DNA from: an uncultured Bacteroidales bacterium
Lineage (GTDB): Bacteria > Bacteroidota > Bacteroidia > Bacteroidales > Muribaculaceae
Direction of reading: 5' to 3'
Assembly (NCBI GenBank): GCA_947646295.1
Contig: CANSGE010000001.1
Span: 1-35,711 of the forward strand
DNA: 35,711 nucleotides
Positions 18,021 through 26,513 of the stretch are shown piece after piece. The notes under the pieces were generated by a model. That model saw nothing but the letters and a program-made list of their open reading frames with translations. It did not search any database and was not told the DNA's origin. The first letter of the stretch is position 1. Every line of letters begins with the position of its first letter. Position numbers and translations under genes: made by a program.

Positions 18021-18042
18021 ATACCCTCCTGCAATCCCCTCT

Positions 18043-18080
18043 AAAAAAGAAATGTGTGAAGACTGAGCCTCCACACATTT
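18043..18080 (-). terminator. Intrinsic terminator ending the ECF/ferredoxin operon
   Basis: Minus strand AAATGTGTGGAGGC-TCA-GTCTTCACACATTT followed by CTTTTTT. Confidence 0.8.
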
Positions 18081-18109
18081 GCGGTACGGTTATTACAGCC
18101 GGTAATCAG

Positions 18110-18319
18110 CTAATCATCGCAGCGGCTTTTGAAGCAGCCTCGGCTACAAGTCTTTACGCATCGGTTGCACCCGATACAACGGTGACCCGTCATGATTGCG
18201 TGCCTGTGCCATAATATACTGATTTTGCGGATCGCTTTGCGCGGACAGGCTTCCACGCATTTCCAGCATGCGATACAATTGCGCGAGGAGAAAGATGGGC
18301 GTTTGGGTGTTTTTGTCAT
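18110..18319 (-). CDS. 2x[4Fe-4S] ferredoxin
   Basis: CIACWKCVEACP and CIGCNRCVKTCS motifs. Confidence 0.88.
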   Translation of the reverse strand: MTKTPKRPSFSSRNCIACWKCVEACPRKAIRKISILWHRHAIMTGHRCIGCNRCVKTCSRGCFKSRCDD

Positions 18320-18324
18320 AATAC

Positions 18325-20448
18325 TTATTTTAATCCGTTTACAATACCTGAATCCATATCAAGCTGAGTCGCGTCGTACAGCTCATCATCTTGATGGTCA
18401 TGTCGTTTGCCGAAATTCAGGTTGAATGATACTTTTACGGTGAAATATACGTTTTTCCCACAGTGGGCCGTGGATTTGAATGGCGTCAAGGGTGAGAAAT
18501 TCTCGGTTCGCATCCAATAATTTTTCATGAGATTAAATACTCCGGCCTGCAGTGTCCAGCCGGAGCCACGATACCCTGCAAGAATCATATTCATCGGCTT
18601 TTCGGATATCATTTCATCGCCGTACATATGATTGGCAGCCCCCGACATCGTACAGGCCGTAAGAATGAAATGCCGGTAGCTGGCATCTGCCCCGAAATGT
18701 AGATGCGACATATTCTTGACGACGTCATACTCCTTGCCCCGGCTGAAATATCTCGAAAAATCATGCGATACCCACAATGTCAGGTGATCTTTCCAGGGAG
18801 TGACAGCGATCATGGCCTCCGTATTGAATTTGCGGAAATATTTCTGATTTTCGACAGTCCGCACAAAGATACCCTTATCATATACTACGCAGTTCATCGC
18901 CGGCTTCGATTCATCCAGGTAGTTGACTGAAAGATTCAGTCGCACGTATTTACTATTGTATGAGGCTGAAAAACTCTGTTCGATTCCTGAAAATGTTTTT
19001 ATATCCGGATTTCCACACCGTATCATTCCCGGCTGTATTTCCTGCGATATATCGCTTATTGCAGCCACGGGGGGCATCTTGCGGTCAAACTGTGCATTGT
19101 ATCTGAAAAATAAGTTGTCGGCGGGGCTATATGATATAGATGCCCGGGGAAGCAGAGCGTACTTCCGCAGCCTGTTTAGCTCTTGCGAGCTGGACAGACG
19201 CTTGCCGCTCGCGCCGCAGATGATTCCCCACTTCGCGATATTCATTTCATATTCCGCGAAGACCCACGTCTCCGATTGGTTGATGCGGATAGTCGGGCTT
19301 GGGGCGCTTGTCTCCGATAAATAATGATTGGACGTATGCGACTGCGTATGCCTTATCCCCGAGACGAGCCTCCCCGGCCCCAAGGCGATCTCATGCACAC
19401 CCTCTGCAAATAGCCCGTACCGGTCGCCCCTGATTTTTGAAAAGATATCGCATAGCTTTTCCCCGGAAGCTGCTTCCATATAGCTGTGCGCGCTCTTTGA
19501 TTTCAGCCATGCTCCCTCGAGATTGACATTTAACGCCCCGGCTTTATCAAAGATATGCCTGAAGTGTAGCGAGATCGACGGCCGGAGACTCCGCTCGGAG
19601 GTATGCTCGCGCACCTCGGTGATTTCCTGACTCTCTGATGTGGTCAGCCACGAGTGCCTGTCGCCTTCCTCCTTGTTGGGGGTATCATCCACGTTCAGCG
19701 AAATCCTTGCATTCAGCGTATTTGACTCGTCGTGGGCATACCTGTAGTTGATACTGCTGTTCATCATCAGAGTGCCGATTTCTACAGGGAGTCCTTTCTC
19801 CGACCGGATTACGTCATGCTCGGGATAATGCCAGATTTCGTCATAATCCCTCACCCAGTTGTTGCGTTTCATCTGCATGTATCCGGCATTGACGGCCCAT
19901 GCCGATTTTCTCTTGTACCACTGGGCGGCCAGCTCGTCGATCGTTGCATACTTACCATCGCCTATACAGTCCATGCTCTCCACGCTCAGCCGCCCGCCAT
20001 GGTCTTTTTTTCTTGTGAAATACTCAATCACAGCGTCGGCATTCCCGAATCTCACTCCCGGATGATCATGATACACTATCCTCACGATCATCTCAGGATC
20101 GAGAGCTTTGATCTGGCTTTCGGTGGCAGGTACACCATCGATGTACAGCTCGGGCGACCCTCCGGAGATCAGATTGATGCTCCCCGTCAGCTGATTGACG
20201 GAAATCCCCGGCAAAGCAAGCTTCTGCAAAAGATCAAGGCCCGATGTTGAGGCCTCCACCTTGCTTTTGGGCGGGATTATCACCTGGCGGTCAGTCTTCG
20301 TTATTATATTTTTTGCTACCACCGTGACTTCATTGAGCATGATATCGGGCTCATCGGCTTCAGCCTCCTCGTCAGGGCTGCTCATTTGTGCGCGCACGAC
20401 GGGGGCTGCCGAGCATATCAATGCCCACATAAATATATATTTAAGCAT
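18325..20448 (-). CDS. Outer-membrane beta-barrel, TonB-dependent-receptor-like protein
   Basis: Signal peptide, LNEVTVVA box, plug-like LLQKLALPG/YIDGVPA, GNPDIK and terminal VSFNLNFG strand. Confidence 0.8.
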   Translation of the reverse strand: MLKYIFMWALICSAAPVVRAQMSSPDEEAEADEPDIMLNEVTVVAKNIITKTDRQVIIPPKSKVEASTSGLDLLQKLALPGISVNQLTGSINLISGGSPELYIDGVPATESQIKALDPEMIVRIVYHDHPGVRFGNADAVIEYFTRKKDHGGRLSVESMDCIGDGKYATIDELAAQWYKRKSAWAVNAGYMQMKRNNWVRDYDEIWHYPEHDVIRSEKGLPVEIGTLMMNSSINYRYAHDESNTLNARISLNVDDTPNKEEGDRHSWLTTSESQEITEVREHTSERSLRPSISLHFRHIFDKAGALNVNLEGAWLKSKSAHSYMEAASGEKLCDIFSKIRGDRYGLFAEGVHEIALGPGRLVSGIRHTQSHTSNHYLSETSAPSPTIRINQSETWVFAEYEMNIAKWGIICGASGKRLSSSQELNRLRKYALLPRASISYSPADNLFFRYNAQFDRKMPPVAAISDISQEIQPGMIRCGNPDIKTFSGIEQSFSASYNSKYVRLNLSVNYLDESKPAMNCVVYDKGIFVRTVENQKYFRKFNTEAMIAVTPWKDHLTLWVSHDFSRYFSRGKEYDVVKNMSHLHFGADASYRHFILTACTMSGAANHMYGDEMISEKPMNMILAGYRGSGWTLQAGVFNLMKNYWMRTENFSPLTPFKSTAHCGKNVYFTVKVSFNLNFGKRHDHQDDELYDATQLDMDSGIVNGLK

Positions 20449-20464
20449 GTAATGGATTGTTGGT

Positions 20465-21025
20465 TTAAGATTGATTTATCAGCGCATGATACAGTTCGTG
20501 GAATCTTTTGCGCAGATGTATTACAGCATAATGCTTCCGTGACAGCAGGGTAGCGGTCGGCACCCCCGTCACTGACGATATATCTTTGACCGGCACACCG
20601 TCGAACACTGTCAGACAAAATACCTCTCGCTGTTCAGCAGGCAGTTCCTCAAGAGCCTCGTCAAGCTCCTTCCATATCAGCTTGCGGAAATACATGTCTT
20701 CCGGGCCGTCATCCGCAGGGCAAGCCAGTATCCGGGCTATATCATCGCAAATGTCGTCTTCAGCATCGAATAACGACGAAACTGATATCTCGCGTTTCTT
20801 CCGCCAGAAATTCAGCACCAGATTATGTGCCACACGATACAGCCACGCCGAGACCCTCTCAATACTATACCCGGCCTCATCATTTGCCCGCGCAAGCTGA
20901 TAGAATACATCCTGGAGGATATCTTCGGCATCCTCTCGGCACTTCACCTGTGCCCGGATATAGCTCAGCAGCCGTGGCGTATACTTTACGACAATCTCCC
21001 CGATGTTATCACTCTGAGGCGTCAT
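20465..21025 (-). CDS. ECF (sigma-70 family) RNA polymerase sigma factor
   Basis: DAEDILQDVF, AWLYRVAHN, LEELPAEQREVF and TLLSRKHYAV motifs. Start uncertain (21025 or 21094). Confidence 0.9.
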   Translation of the reverse strand: MTPQSDNIGEIVVKYTPRLLSYIRAQVKCREDAEDILQDVFYQLARANDEAGYSIERVSAWLYRVAHNLVLNFWRKKREISVSSLFDAEDDICDDIARILACPADDGPEDMYFRKLIWKELDEALEELPAEQREVFCLTVFDGVPVKDISSVTGVPTATLLSRKHYAVIHLRKRFHELYHALINQS

Positions 21026-21371
21026 CGTGGTCGTGATGATTGTGTCGGAATCCGAATTTCGTGCGTCGTTCGATAAACGCCTTTCGTTCCTCATCAGTCA
21101 TATTATGCCAGTGATGTCTCAGATCTCCGTTTCGGTGTCCGATCATATGATGGATACTGCCCCCCACGAAGAAACACCCCAGGATGAAACCACCCGATAA
21201 GATCTGTCCGAGGATGAATAATCCCACACCCTGCCACAGACCGATCGACGAAAATCCACAAGCCGTGGTGAGAATACTGTTCCAGAGACCCGTCGTGGCA
21301 AGCCCCGCAAGCAAGGGGATCGCGACAAAAAACATCAGTATAGCGGCTGTTGCCTTCACTATTTTTTTCAT
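21009..21371 (-). CDS. Small membrane protein co-encoded with the ECF sigma factor
   Basis: Hydrophobic N-half (LWNSIL...IGLWQGVGLFILGQILSGG), then WHNMTDEERKAF and a His-rich tail. Start set at MKKIVK. Confidence 0.75.
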   Translation of the reverse strand: MKKIVKATAAILMFFVAIPLLAGLATTGLWNSILTTACGFSSIGLWQGVGLFILGQILSGGFILGCFFVGGSIHHMIGHRNGDLRHHWHNMTDEERKAFIERRTKFGFRHNHHDHDDASE

Positions 21372-21546
21372 TGTAGTACGTTTTTTACAGTTATAGCCGT
21401 TTATCTTATGCAAGATAAGAAAAACTTTAAATAAAATCATAGAGCAGCTCTAACATTTAAGACACCCCATCCCCAAAAATATTTTACCGCCCCACAAGAA
21501 AAATGAAACATTTCTCATTACAGCCGCTGCACGGCGGAAAAATCAT

Positions 21547-21554
21547 TAACTTTG
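21547..21554 (+). promoter_or_regulatory. Bacteroidetes sigma-A -7 element TAACTTTG
   Basis: Exact TAnnTTTG match 17 nt before ATG 21572. Confidence 0.6.
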
Positions 21555-21571
21555 CTGCTAAAAGTTCAAAT

Positions 21572-22255
21572 ATGAAAAAGCTCTTACTATCAACGATATT
21601 TACACTTCTTACACCTTTGTGGATAATGGCGCAAGAAAAAGATAATTACAAATGGCAGGCAGATTTGCTGGGTGGCCTGTATCTTGAAAATGAACAAGCG
21701 TGGATTATACAACCATCCATCACCTGGCATTTTCATAAATATCTCGGCGTGTCGATAGCTGTGGAATTTACCTCACAATACAATCAGCCCTCCCACACGG
21801 CTATAATCAATGGCTATGACGCCTATACGGATGATAATACCAATAATATCTGGTGTTTGATATTCAATTAATCTTTATTATTTAAATCTCCTGTTGTGTG
21901 GCAAAATCAGGATGGAATATACAAATTATGGTTTCAAGCCGAGCCGGGAGTTAGTCTTGCATGTCCATTCAGAAATTCAGCCACATACGATATTTCGGCA
22001 CACCCGGGAGTTAATGGCCCGGGCCGGGACTATGCGTCATATTCCAATAAGGATCTGCAATGGTTTTATTTTCATGCACAGCTATCTGCCAGGTTTTCAA
22101 TAGATAGATTGGTGTTAGGCATTGGCTATGGCATATCAAATTTTGATTATTATTCGTGCCGGCGAAACATTACTTTGCCGAATGGTACAAAATACCATGT
22201 CCCTAAGCAAGAAATCAGCCAGAGCATATACCTTTCAGTCGGGTATAAATTCTAA
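21572..22255 (+). pseudogene. Small outer-membrane beta-barrel gene split by an in-frame TAA
   Basis: ORFs 21503-21871 and 21896-22255 share a frame; read-through gives ...CLIFN*SLLFKSPVVWQN.... Signal peptide MKKLLLS and terminal beta-signal YLSVGYKF. Confidence 0.78.
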
Positions 22256-22285
22256 AATTCGCTACAGCCCGAAAAGACACACGTG

Positions 22286-22663
22286 AGCTTCAGCTTGGGG
22301 CAGCCAAACCCCGCCATCCCATTAAATACCATAAGAGCGCGAGTCGTGCCGCCGGCACGCTGATCATAGACAACCCCGTGCTTCAGCTCGGGGCAGGGCA
22401 AAGCCCCGCCCTACATGAGTCCCGGAGGGACGATGTAATGGTATCTCTCCCGCACCCCACGCGCCAGCCCTTACAATTTTATAGTTTTCTGGTCATTTTT
22501 TGTTTTTCTGTCTTGGATTGGGCACTTTGCACCACGCGCCAGCCAATATAGCTTTATAGTTTTCTGGTCTTATTTTGGCGCATCCTCGCCGCCGTGATGC
22601 CCTCACCCGGAGCGTCGACTCGGAGAGTCGACCGTATACACGCCGGCAAGCAGCCAATGATTT
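22286..22663. repeat. Cluster of REP-like and direct repeats
   Basis: GCTTCAGCTyGGGGCAG..AAAsCCCGCC twice (~22288, ~22380); CCACGCGCCAGCC...TTTATAGTTTTCTGGTC twice (22457, 22532); hairpin GTCGACTC-GGA-GAGTCGAC (22614-22632). Confidence 0.7.
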
Positions 22664-22670
22664 ATACAAC

Positions 22671-22705
22671 GAAGAGGCTGACTAAACTTGTTAGTCAGCC
22701 CCTTC
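22671..22705. terminator. Terminator-like hairpin downstream of the LRR gene
   Basis: GGCTGACTAA-ACTTG-TTAGTCAGCC perfect 10-bp stem; no strong U-tract. Confidence 0.65.
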
Positions 22706-22737
22706 ATATATAGTGCTGATTACCTCAGGGGAATGGC

Positions 22738-25572
22738 TTATTTGACAAGCACTTTCTTGCCGCCGATGATGTAGAGACCGGTAGTAAGTGCATCAATATC
22801 GGCCTGCGAGGCATTGCGCTTGAGGCATACGCCCTGCATGTTGTAGATGTCGTTCGGACGCTTGGGAGCGGCGGTGGATTCGACCACGATTTCGTCGATA
22901 CCGGCGTAACTATCCTGGATGGTAAACTCGGCTACGGGAACGTCGGCATAGAGTGTCTCGGCAATGATCTTGCACTCGTTCGTCACGTCGCCGTCAGCCT
23001 GGGCGCTCTCGGTGCCTTGGTCAACTCGCGTCACATTACCCTCGCTGTCAACGGTGGCAAACTCCGGATTGGTCGAGCGCCAGAAGATATAGGGGAGCGA
23101 AGCATTGGCGGGAGTAATGCCAACAGATAACTTGTAAGTCTCGCCGGGTTTGAGATTCACTGTACTATTGCCTTCCACAGTCAGCTTATCGATGGGAATC
23201 AGCTCGTGGCCCGAGAAGCGATACCAGCAGCGGGTGAAGTTGTAATATGTATCCACGCAGCCGGGTGTCACATAGAGAGGACAGTCATAGTAGCTGAACG
23301 AATTGTTGTTGGCCGCCGGGGGAGTGATGGCGGTGATGCTCACACCGGTCAGCTCGTTGGCACCGTCGAAAGCCTTCTCGCCTATCTCAGTTATCTCGCT
23401 GCCGATAGCGATGTTCTTGATATTGTTGCCGGCGAAGGCATTGTCGCCAAGGGTTTTCACGTGGGGAGGCAGAACAAGCTCGGTAAGGCCGCAGCCGTTG
23501 AAGGCATTCGCGCCGATGGTCTCGATAGAGCTGCCGAAGTTTACGGTCTTGAGGCCGGAAACTCCATTGAAGAGATTGTCGCTGATTGATGTCACACCGT
23601 TACCGAAAGTCACCTCATTGGCTGTAGAGCATAATGCACTGTTCGCCTCGACGTTGCGGCCGATATAGAGATTGATTTCGGGCGCTACGAACGAATTTCC
23701 GAGGCTAAGCTCGGCCGATCCGTCCTCAAGGATCACGGTCACCGGAGTGTTGGTGTTAAATACAAAGGCGTTTTTCCCGATGGATGTAACTGATGCCGGT
23801 ATATGGATGTTGTTCAGAACCGGTATATTGTATTCATCCCAATCTTTCATACCGGTGAAGGCATTCTCGCCGATAGTGGTCACATCATCGCTAATTTCGA
23901 GATCATGAAGGAATGAGCATCCGTCAAAAGTACCTTCTTTGACCACGGGCCAATTCACTTTGACTTTTCCGAGTAAAGAGCAACCGGCAAACGCGTATTT
24001 TCCTACACTCTCCGGATTGCCTAAGGTTACACCTTCCAGTTTATTGCAGCCTTCAAAAGCGCGTTCTCCAATTATTGTTTTCGTATTAGTATCATGATCT
24101 AATGGAGCAAAATCCAGGCTATTGCAACCTTTGAAAGCATAAGCGCCAATCTTCACCTTATTATTTGCCACGTCAGACCATATGGAAACTGTAGTCATAG
24201 CGTCACAGTTTTCGAATGCATGCTCGCCAATCGATAACTCGGGGCATTTGAAATAAACTGCCTTCAGTGAGCGGCAATTGTAGAAGGCATAATTACCTAC
24301 AGTTCCGAGCTTATCGGAGAAATTAATGTAATTCCTTTGGTTCGCGGGTCCGGTCAGGCCGGTGCACCCATAGAATGCATAATCGCCGATAGTGGTGATA
24401 TTCGTGGGGAAAGTCACTTCACCCAGCCCGGTGCACCCGCGGAACGCATTCTCGCCGATAGTAGTGAGTGTTTCGGGCAAATCAAGGCTGGTAAGGCCCG
24501 TGCAGCCGCTGAATGCATTATTGACAATCTTTGTGAGACGCTTCGGAAGTACGAGCGATGTGATATTAGTGCAGTCGGTAAATGCATTGCCGATAGCTGT
24601 GACATATACAAAACTGTCTTCAAATACCACTCGTTCGGGTATCGATACCGTGGTCATCGATCTATAATTTCCTGACACAACCATGGCCTCAGTGTCGCTC
24701 ATCAGACGGAAATTGAACACATCGTCGGTAAATGCCGAAGATACCAAGCCTGCGGTATCCTTAATAGTGGAAAATTTGACCCAATCCGTTGCCAGATATA
24801 CCGGAATAGTACCTTCCGGTACCGTTACTTCTGCGTCATAGTTGGCGAAGGAGTAGGCGTCAAACTCGGGAGGCACATCGCCTTCCAGCTTAATGTTTGT
24901 GAGATTATTGCAACCCGAGAAAGCAAATCTGGCGATAGAAGTCATAGAGTTGGGGATTGTGATGCTTGTCAGACTGCTGCAGCCGGAGAAAGCCTCTACG
25001 GCGATAGAAGTCACAGAGTTGGGGATAGTAACGTTTGTAAGACCGCTGCAACCATAGAAAGTCTCCATGGCGATAGAAGTCACAGAGTTGGGGATAGTGA
25101 TGCTTGTCAAGCCACTGCAACCGGAAAATACCGATCTGTCGATTGAAGTCACTGAGTTGGGAATGGTGGCGTTTGTCAAGCCAACGCAACCGAGGAATGC
25201 CTCTAAGCCGATTGAAGTCACTGAGTTGGGAATGGTGGCGCTTGTCAAGCCATAATTTCCGTAGAATGAAAGATAGCCAATGGCAACCACTGTATATTTT
25301 TCATTATTATATTCTACCTCCGATGGGATTACCAAACTTCCAGAGGCATAGTTCCCATAATGCCTTATAATCTCGACACCCCACGCATCCACATACCCTT
25401 CTTTTGTTTGGACAGTTTTGGCTTCTTCGTCAATCACTGTGTAGTTCAGGGTCTTTCCCTCGTAGGTATAACTGAAGTCTTGGGCTGAGAGCTTCGCGGG
25501 GATTAGCGCGAGCAGCATCAGCAGCAGGAGCGTCGGCAGCGCCGAGGCTCGTTTGTGTAATAGTTTATTCAT
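22738..25572 (-). CDS. BspA-family leucine-rich-repeat surface protein with an Ig-like domain and a T9SS-type C-terminal tail
   Basis: Signal peptide, many TIPNSVTSI..AF.GC.GLT repeats, Big_2-like WRSTNPEFATVDSEGNVT and C-terminal IYNMQG...GLYIIGGKKVLVK. Start at 25572 or 25608. Confidence 0.9.
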   Translation of the reverse strand: MNKLLHKRASALPTLLLLMLLALIPAKLSAQDFSYTYEGKTLNYTVIDEEAKTVQTKEGYVDAWGVEIIRHYGNYASGSLVIPSEVEYNNEKYTVVAIGYLSFYGNYGLTSATIPNSVTSIGLEAFLGCVGLTNATIPNSVTSIDRSVFSGCSGLTSITIPNSVTSIAMETFYGCSGLTNVTIPNSVTSIAVEAFSGCSSLTSITIPNSMTSIARFAFSGCNNLTNIKLEGDVPPEFDAYSFANYDAEVTVPEGTIPVYLATDWVKFSTIKDTAGLVSSAFTDDVFNFRLMSDTEAMVVSGNYRSMTTVSIPERVVFEDSFVYVTAIGNAFTDCTNITSLVLPKRLTKIVNNAFSGCTGLTSLDLPETLTTIGENAFRGCTGLGEVTFPTNITTIGDYAFYGCTGLTGPANQRNYINFSDKLGTVGNYAFYNCRSLKAVYFKCPELSIGEHAFENCDAMTTVSIWSDVANNKVKIGAYAFKGCNSLDFAPLDHDTNTKTIIGERAFEGCNKLEGVTLGNPESVGKYAFAGCSLLGKVKVNWPVVKEGTFDGCSFLHDLEISDDVTTIGENAFTGMKDWDEYNIPVLNNIHIPASVTSIGKNAFVFNTNTPVTVILEDGSAELSLGNSFVAPEINLYIGRNVEANSALCSTANEVTFGNGVTSISDNLFNGVSGLKTVNFGSSIETIGANAFNGCGLTELVLPPHVKTLGDNAFAGNNIKNIAIGSEITEIGEKAFDGANELTGVSITAITPPAANNNSFSYYDCPLYVTPGCVDTYYNFTRCWYRFSGHELIPIDKLTVEGNSTVNLKPGETYKLSVGITPANASLPYIFWRSTNPEFATVDSEGNVTRVDQGTESAQADGDVTNECKIIAETLYADVPVAEFTIQDSYAGIDEIVVESTAAPKRPNDIYNMQGVCLKRNASQADIDALTTGLYIIGGKKVLVK
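24934..25250. repeat. Five 69-bp tandem units encoding LRRs
   Basis: GATwGAAGTCAywGAGTTGGG begins at 24934, 25003, 25072, 25141 and 25210. Confidence 0.88.
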
Positions 25573-25604
25573 ATCTATGATTTTGATTAGGTATTGAAAT
25601 TTGT

Positions 25605-26036
25605 TCATTCGAAATATCTCACCGGATTTGCCTCGCCGGGCTTTGGATCGGGCAGGAAATGGCCGGTGAAACGGTTCCACTCCTCCTCGGAGGCGGGTTC
25701 GAGCAACACGACGAAGCGGTCGGGCGTATCAACGGGAGAGTTGATGAAATGATCCACACCACCGCGTCCGCGCTTGAACACCCCCATGACCTGCCGGCGG
25801 TTGAGGTCGGGTGTGCGGCAGACCGCAAGGATGAGTCCGCAGCTGTCGGCATGGTCAGGATTGAGGCGCCATGACCGCTGGGAGAATGCAAGTATGTGGG
25901 CTGGGGTGAGGGTGGCTCCGGGTGCGGATTCGAGATAATGGCGCACAGAGCGCGTGATGTCGAACGCCAACATTGATGTGTCGACATCCCGTGGTGAGAG
26001 AGTGTGCGGGTCGGGCCGCGGCATAATGTAGCTCAT
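25605..26036 (-). CDS. Hypothetical protein resembling the C-terminal domain of LEM-3-like GIY-YIG proteins
   Basis: SQRSWRLNPDHA, ILAV...VMGVF, RF, WNRFTG and GEANPVRYF pattern. Start uncertain (26036, 26066 or 26024). Confidence 0.55.
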   Translation of the reverse strand: MSYIMPRPDPHTLSPRDVDTSMLAFDITRSVRHYLESAPGATLTPAHILAFSQRSWRLNPDHADSCGLILAVCRTPDLNRRQVMGVFKRGRGGVDHFINSPVDTPDRFVVLLEPASEEEWNRFTGHFLPDPKPGEANPVRYFE

Positions 26037-26094
26037 GCTGGTCAGGATAGTGAGTGCCGCGGTCATCCTCTCGTTGGCGATAATGATTGGTACG

Positions 26095-26247
26095 AAAAAA
26101 GCGTAGGAATCTGTATCTGTTACCGTCCTACTTTCTGAGGCTTCTCGCATTGCCTTGTCTATGTCGGACGGCAACGCAGAAGCCCACGCTTGTATATGCA
26201 ACAATAGCGTTCGACTGCACCTTTCACAAGGCACTCTGTCGAATGCA
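26095..26247 (-). promoter_or_regulatory. Structured leader / candidate attenuator RNA
   Basis: Three stem-loops with mutually exclusive pairings followed by a U6 tract (see findings). Confidence 0.55.
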
Positions 26248-26425
26248 TGATATTACATATCCACGGGCATCTACCGTTGCTCAATCCTTGACATAGACAC
26301 GAAATTTTGCGAGAATTTCAGAAAGTCAAGAATCAGCGCGGATAAACGCTTTTTTATTATGTTATTTCAACAGCCCTCCACACTTAACCCCAGACCGGGG
26401 CTTCTGCTATGGCGGCCTGCAAATG

Positions 26426-26433
26426 CAAAGTTA
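26426..26433 (-). promoter_or_regulatory. Bacteroidetes -7 element TAACTTTG
   Basis: TAACTTTGCA on the minus strand in AT-rich DNA upstream of the structured leader. Confidence 0.55.
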
Positions 26434-26513
26434 GTAATTAATTTTGTTCAATAAAACTATTTTGCTGTAATTGATAAATTTTTAACACATTACCCTAAAG
26501 TTATGTGAGCCGC

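Noticed and set aside
4188-21871. Two genes with in-frame TAA stops as a sign of stop-codon reassignment
   Set aside because: TAA ends many intact genes in this window, so ordinary nonsense mutation or sequencing error is more likely.
22286-22663. Repeat clusters here and at 26514-26892 as a CRISPR array
   Set aside because: Only two or three degenerate copies per unit, irregular spacing and no cas operon.
24934-25250. LRR repeats as a diversity-generating retroelement TR/VR pair
   Set aside because: The repeats are tandem and coding, differences are not adenine-specific, and there is no reverse transcriptase.
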